Below, one piece after another: positions 59,406-64,000 of a stretch of 64,000 nt of DNA (positions within the stretch are counted from its first letter, which is position 1; each line of letters starts with the position of its first letter). The stretch covers positions 576,001-640,000 of the forward strand of contig CAWANJ010000009.1 of the NCBI GenBank assembly GCA_963783385.1. The letters are read 5' to 3'. Below the pieces are notes generated by a model. That model did not search any database, was not told where the DNA came from, and worked only from the letters and a program-made list of their open reading frames with translations. The stretch comes from an uncultured Gemmatimonadales bacterium. Lineage in GTDB: Bacteria > Gemmatimonadota > Gemmatimonadetes > Palauibacterales > Palauibacteraceae. Made by a program: the position numbers and the translations under genes.

Positions 59406-60091
59406 CGGGCCGGCTCGCGTTCGAGCACCCGTGCGAGCTCGGCGAAGCTCACCGCTCCCTCGCGCAGCAGACGCGGCGGCCGCTCGAGGAGAGAGAGGAT
59501 CGAGGAGGGAGGCGAGGGCGGCAGCGGACCCGCGTCCAGGAACCACACCTCCGGACACGACCCGTGCAGGGTCTCGAGGAAGCTCCGCACCTCGCCGGGC
59601 GTGCGCGCGGGAGGCGAGCCGGCCCGGTTCAGGCTGGTCGAGCTCATGGTCACGGCTCCGAGCTCCTCGAGGACGGCCCGGGTCGCCGGGTGCGACTCGA
59701 CCCGGACGGCCAGACCCGACGCGCTACCGTCCGGCAGCACGAGAGTGAGGGGTCCGGGCCAGAACGCGTCCGCCAGCCGGGCGGCGCGCTCGTCCCACAC
59801 GAGCTCCGGGTGAGCGGTCTGCAGGGCACCCGGGTCCGCGGCGATGCGCAGGAGCGGCTTCCCGGGAGCCCGGCCCTTCAGACAGGCGATGGCGCCGTCC
59901 AGCGCAGGGTCCAGTGCCCCGAGTCCGTAGACGGTGGACGTGGGGTGGGCCAGAACGGCGCCGCGGGCCAGCGCGTCCGCGGCCCGGCGCACCTCCGGCG
60001 CTGGCGTGCCCGGCCCGGCGCCCTGCCCCGCGGACGGCCTACGCGTCCGCGGAGCCGTCGACCCGCTTCCAGGGTCATGCGCCGCGCTCAT
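59402..60091 (-). CDS. tsaC: L-threonylcarbamoyladenylate synthase (TsaC/YrdC domain)
   Basis: PTSTVYGLG, LKGR...KP, FWPGPLTL, STSLN, LREGA. Confidence 0.85.
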   Translation of the reverse strand: MSAAHDPGSGSTAPRTRRPSAGQGAGPGTPAPEVRRAADALARGAVLAHPTSTVYGLGALDPALDGAIACLKGRAPGKPLLRIAADPGALQTAHPELVWDERAARLADAFWPGPLTLVLPDGSASGLAVRVESHPATRAVLEELGAVTMSSTSLNRAGSPPARTPGEVRSFLETLHGSCPEVWFLDAGPLPPSPPSSILSLLERPPRLLREGAVSFAELARVLEREPAR

Positions 60092-60780
60092 CGGACCCGG
60101 CCCGACTCCAGAAGCCACGCCGCGTAGGCGAAGTCCTCCGGCGTCGTGAGCTTGAGGTTCGTGACCTCGCCCGTCACCCCCTGCACCGGGTGACCCTCCG
60201 CCTCGCACAGGGCGGCGTCGTCCGTGGCTCCCCGACCCGAACGGGCGGCCCGCTCGTGCACCTCGCGGAGCAGCGCCGTGGGGAAGCCCTGCGGAGTCTG
60301 GGCCCGGCGCAGACAGGCCCGATCCAGCGTGCGGAGCACCGCGCCCTCCGCATCGACCTCCTTGACCGTGTCCTGGAGCGGAACGAGGGGCACGGCCGGT
60401 CCCCGTCGGGCTGCGGCCAGGACCCGTTCGACGAGACCGACCGACGCGAACGGCCGCACGCCGTCGTGCACGAGCACGGTATCCGGCTCTCCCCCCAGCG
60501 CCTGAAGCCCTAGTCGAACCGACTCCGTCCGGGTCGCTCCTCCCGGTACGAGCCGGGCGGGAGCCTGGACCAGCCATGCCGGGGGGGCGGAGGCCACCGA
60601 CTCCGGCAGCACGAGCACGATCTCGCCGATCGCGCCGGTGGCGGCGAACGAACGCCACGCCCGCTCGAGGACGGGCGTGCCCGCCAGCTCCCGGAATTGC
60701 TTCGCGGGACCGTCGCCCGCGCGGGTGCCACGGCCCGCGGCCACCAGGACGGCGGCGGACCGCCCTCCCCGCGCGCTCAT
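60088..60780 (-). CDS. ispD: 2-C-methyl-D-erythritol 4-phosphate cytidylyltransferase
   Basis: VAAGRGTR..KQF, GGATRTESV, VHDGVRPF, AQTPQGF, KLTTPED. Confidence 0.95.
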   Translation of the reverse strand: MSARGGRSAAVLVAAGRGTRAGDGPAKQFRELAGTPVLERAWRSFAATGAIGEIVLVLPESVASAPPAWLVQAPARLVPGGATRTESVRLGLQALGGEPDTVLVHDGVRPFASVGLVERVLAAARRGPAVPLVPLQDTVKEVDAEGAVLRTLDRACLRRAQTPQGFPTALLREVHERAARSGRGATDDAALCEAEGHPVQGVTGEVTNLKLTTPEDFAYAAWLLESGRVR

Positions 60781-62168
60781 CGGCTGTCTCCCCGCTCGTC
60801 CCGGGCCAGCAGACGGACCAGCCCGCGCACGTCGGCCACCGGGTGGATCCGCACGCCCGCGTCGATCGCTCCCGCCGCCACGGACGGGACGACGACGCCC
60901 TGCATGCCGGCCCTGGCCGCCTCCCTCACCCTCGCCTCGAGCCGCGCCACGCCCCGGATCTCCCCGGCCAGTCCGACCTCGCCGACGAAGGCCAGTCGGC
61001 CCGGCGTCGCGCGGTCCGTGGCGGCCGATACGAGAGCGGCGAGCACGGCCAGGTCCGTGGCCGGATCCGCCAGCCGAAGGCCACCCACCACGTTCACGAA
61101 CACATCGGCGTCTCCGAGGGAGGGTCCTCCCCGTCGGCCCAGCACGGCCAGGAGCAGCGACAGTCGCCGGGGCGGGATGCCCGTTACGACCCTCTGGGGC
61201 GTACCGTAGCGCCCGGGCGTCGTGAGCGCCTGCACCTCGGCCAGGAGCGGGCGCGAGCCCTGGACCGGCACCGCCACGGCCGACCCGCTCACCCCCTCGG
61301 GGCGGTCGGCGAGGAAGAGGCCCGAGGGATCGGTCACCCCCTCGAGCCCCGACCCGGTCATCCGGAACACGGCCATCTCGTCCGTTCCGCCGAACCGGTT
61401 CTTGGTGGTTCGCAGGAGACGATGCTCCAGCGTCTTCTGGCCCTCGAACAGCAGGACGGCGTCCACGAGGTGCTCGAGGGTCCTGGGGCCCGCCAGCCCG
61501 CCTTGTTTGGTCACGTGACCGATCAGGAAGGTGGAGGTTCCGCTCTCCTTGGAGAACGTCTGCAGAACGGCCGCGCCCTCCCGCACCTGGGCGATGCCCC
61601 CCGGGGCCGCATTGGAGCGGGCCGAGCGGAGCGTCTGGATGGAATCGACGCACAGTAAGGCAGGCTCGACCTCACGGGCCGCCTCGACAATGGCGTCCAC
61701 GTCGGTCTCGGCCACGAACGGAACCTCGGACGCCGCGCCTCCCAGTCGCTCGGCCCGCATGCGCACCTGGCCGGCCGACTCCTCTCCCGAGACGTACAGG
61801 ACGGGCACCCCTCGCGAGCACAGGGAGGCCGCCGCCTGCAGCAGGAGGGTCGATTTGCCGATCCCCGGCGCTCCGCCCAGAAGGACCAGGGACCCGGGCA
61901 CCGCACCGCCCCCCAGCACCCGGTCCAGCTCGCCGACCTCCAGGGCCAGGCGCGTCTCGGGACCGGACTCGGTTTCCCGCAGCGGAAGGGGCGTGCGTCC
62001 CCCCGATCCGAGGCCGGGTCGCGATCCCGAGGCGCGGGCGCCGGAGCGAGCGGACGCAGGAGCCTGGCGCAGGGTGTTCCACTCACCGCACGCCGGGCAG
62101 CGTCCCTCCCAGCGCAGCGACTCCCCCCCGCACGCCGTGCATACGAAGCGAGTCCGTGGCCTCGCCAT
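60777..62168 (-). CDS. radA: DNA repair protein RadA/Sms
   Basis: C4 zinc finger, GIGKSTL, DSIQT, KNRFG, GEVGLAGEIR. Confidence 0.96.
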   Translation of the reverse strand: MARPRTRFVCTACGGESLRWEGRCPACGEWNTLRQAPASARSGARASGSRPGLGSGGRTPLPLRETESGPETRLALEVGELDRVLGGGAVPGSLVLLGGAPGIGKSTLLLQAAASLCSRGVPVLYVSGEESAGQVRMRAERLGGAASEVPFVAETDVDAIVEAAREVEPALLCVDSIQTLRSARSNAAPGGIAQVREGAAVLQTFSKESGTSTFLIGHVTKQGGLAGPRTLEHLVDAVLLFEGQKTLEHRLLRTTKNRFGGTDEMAVFRMTGSGLEGVTDPSGLFLADRPEGVSGSAVAVPVQGSRPLLAEVQALTTPGRYGTPQRVVTGIPPRRLSLLLAVLGRRGGPSLGDADVFVNVVGGLRLADPATDLAVLAALVSAATDRATPGRLAFVGEVGLAGEIRGVARLEARVREAARAGMQGVVVPSVAAGAIDAGVRIHPVADVRGLVRLLARDERGDSR

Positions 62169-62191
62169 GACCGCCTAGGGGCGTCGGACCA

Positions 62192-63589
62192 TCACGGGCC
62201 CTCGTCCTCCCGGCGGGCCACCGAGTCGAACAGCGTGTGCTCCTTGTGGAAGAACAGCTGGATCGTGCCGGTGGGGCCGTTGCGCTGCTTACCGATGATG
62301 AGCTCGGACTTGCCCTCCAGCGAGTTCCCGTCCGCGTCGACCGGTCCCTTGTAGACCTCCTCCCGGTACACGAACAGGACGAGGTCCGCGTCCTGCTCGA
62401 TGGCTCCAGACTCGCGAAGGTCCGCCAGCACCGGCCGGTGATCCGTGCGCTGCTCCGGAGCCCTCGACAGCTGGGAGAGCGCCAGGACCGGGACGTCCAG
62501 CTCCTTGGCCACCGCCTTGAGCGACCGACTGATGTGGCTGATCTCCTGCTGGCGGTTCTCGACGCCCCGTGGACCCACCATGAGCTGCAGGTAGTCGACG
62601 ATGATGAGGCCGAGATCGACCTCGGCGCGGAGCCTGCGCGACTTGGCCCTCAGCTCGAGGGCCGAGATCGCCGGCGAGTCGTCGATCCAGATGGGCGCCG
62701 TGTTGAGGTGGCCGGCGGCGGTGGCCAGGCGCGCGTACTCGTCGTCGCGCAGCCGGCCCCGCCGCAGACGTCCCGAGTCGACGCGTCCCTCGGCACACAG
62801 GAGCCGCTGGACGAGCGCCTCCTTCGACATCTCGAGCGAGAACACGGCCACGGAGACATCGTTCTCGATGGCCGCATGCTGGGCCACGTTGAGGGCCAGC
62901 GCCGTCTTCCCCATCGAGGGCCGGCCGGCCAGCACCACGAGCTCGCCCCGCTGGAAGCCCGCCGTCATGTGGTCCAGGTCCGGGAAGCCGGTGCCCACGC
63001 CCGTGACCATATCGGGGCTTCGCTGCAGCTCCTCGATGCGCTCGAAGGTCGGCCACAGGATCTCCTTGATCCACACGAACCCGCCCCGCTGGGCGGCCTG
63101 TGCGATCCTGAAGATGCGCTGCTCGGCCACGTCGAGCGTCTCGTCGATGTCGCCACCCCCGGCCGCGTAGGCGTCCTGGATGATGTCGGTGGCCGACTCG
63201 ATGAGCTGCCGGAGGGTGGCCTTGTCACGCAGGATACCGCAGTGGTACTCGATGTTGGCGGCCGTCGGGACGGCGTCCACCAGCCTCGCCAGGTAGGCCA
63301 TGCCGCCCGCCGCCTCCAGGTCGCCCGCGGACTTGAGCTCGTCGGAGAGCGTCACGACGTCGATGACCTCGCCGCGCCCGTACAGGCGGGCCATGGCCCG
63401 GAAGATCCGGCGGTTGGCCTCGCGGTAGAAGGCGCCGTCGTCGACGAGTTCGATCGCCTGCGCCACGGCGTCCCCATCGATGAGCATGCCGCCCAGGACG
63501 GAGATCTCCGCCTCCTCCGACCACGGGGCCTGGCGGTCCCGGAACGTCTCGCGGCTCTGCGCGGCCGAGCCCGGCTCGATCATCGCCAC
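62192..63589 (-). CDS. dnaB: Replicative DNA helicase
   Basis: GRPSMGKT, SLEMS, VDYLQL, DLRESGAIEQDAD, KQRNGPTG; no intein. Confidence 0.98.
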   Translation of the reverse strand: MAMIEPGSAAQSRETFRDRQAPWSEEAEISVLGGMLIDGDAVAQAIELVDDGAFYREANRRIFRAMARLYGRGEVIDVVTLSDELKSAGDLEAAGGMAYLARLVDAVPTAANIEYHCGILRDKATLRQLIESATDIIQDAYAAGGGDIDETLDVAEQRIFRIAQAAQRGGFVWIKEILWPTFERIEELQRSPDMVTGVGTGFPDLDHMTAGFQRGELVVLAGRPSMGKTALALNVAQHAAIENDVSVAVFSLEMSKEALVQRLLCAEGRVDSGRLRRGRLRDDEYARLATAAGHLNTAPIWIDDSPAISALELRAKSRRLRAEVDLGLIIVDYLQLMVGPRGVENRQQEISHISRSLKAVAKELDVPVLALSQLSRAPEQRTDHRPVLADLRESGAIEQDADLVLFVYREEVYKGPVDADGNSLEGKSELIIGKQRNGPTGTIQLFFHKEHTLFDSVARREDEGP

Positions 63590-63596
63590 CGCCCGC

Positions 63597-64000
63597 CTAC
63601 ACCAGACCGAGCTGCGTGTCGGATTCGAGCGCCGGCGCCACGCCGGCCTCGCCGCTCACCGTGTCGCCGTCCACGATGCTGCGGACCAACTGGAGATCCT
63701 CCCACGTGGGGCGGGTCCAGCTCCGGTTCCGGAGCAGAGCCGCGGGGTGATAGGTCGCGACCAGCGGGTAGCCGCGGTAGCGGTGAACCTTGCCCCGGAG
63801 GCTCCCGAGGCTGCCCGCGGCGCCCAGGAGGGTTCGGGCGGCGAACGCGCCGAAGGCCACGAGGACCTCGGGTCCGATCAGTTCGAGCTGGCGGTGCAGA
63901 TACGGCGAGCACGCCTCGATCTCCTCGGGGCGCGGGTCCCGATTGTTGGGCGGACGGCTCTTGAGGACGTTGCAGATGTACACCTCCTCGCGGCGGAAGC
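63597..64000 (-). CDS. Family-4 uracil-DNA glycosylase (5' end outside the window)
   Basis: VYICNVLKSRPPNNRDP..EIEAC, LRG, TYHPAALLR. Confidence 0.88.
   Translation of the reverse strand, partial: FRREEVYICNVLKSRPPNNRDPRPEEIEACSPYLHRQLELIGPEVLVAFGAFAARTLLGAAGSLGSLRGKVHRYRGYPLVATYHPAALLRNRSWTRPTWEDLQLVRSIVDGDTVSGEAGVAPALESDTQLGLV

Noticed and set aside
10344-60780. ispD and ispF separated by about 49 kb
   Set aside because: Split ispD/ispF arrangements are common and both genes look intact.

Overview
A very GC-rich (roughly 70%+) bacterial chromosomal segment made almost entirely of core housekeeping operons, mostly on the minus strand. The gene repertoire and synteny suggest Gemmatimonadota (inference, not verified). 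Left to right: the Kdo/LPS export block (lptA-like partial, lptC, kdsD, kdsC, kdsA, pyrG, kdsB); an unknown outer-membrane protein, nitroreductase, xerD, dedA, ispF; the fatty-acid cluster (fabF, acpP, fabG, fabD, plsX, rpmF, yceD; no fabH); ndk, sucDC, carbamate kinase, UPF0182, phosphomannomutase; a full nuoA-N complex I operon with fused nuoCD; alpha/beta hydrolase, dcd, DUF423, MazG-like, M28 peptidase; mdh-sdhCDAB; a moaD-moaE-moaA operon flanked by two unknown small ORFs; aminotransferase, IHF/HU, sppA, carA, RNase HI, secG; gap-pgk-tpiA; comF, aroE, a YwlE-like phosphatase, tsaC, ispD, radA, dnaB and a partial family-4 uracil-DNA glycosylase. I found no rRNA, tRNA, CRISPR array, prophage or IS element, and no clearly new multi-gene system. 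The best leads are: an RNase HI with a rearranged catalytic tetrad; a Rex-type operator just downstream of a clear nuo promoter; five single-base insertions in four conserved genes, all at or next to CATC/GATG (probably systematic sequencing errors); a short AT-rich synonymous patch inside the phosphomannomutase gene; and several uncharacterised genes coupled to core operons. All assignments come from reading motifs by eye; no database searches were run.
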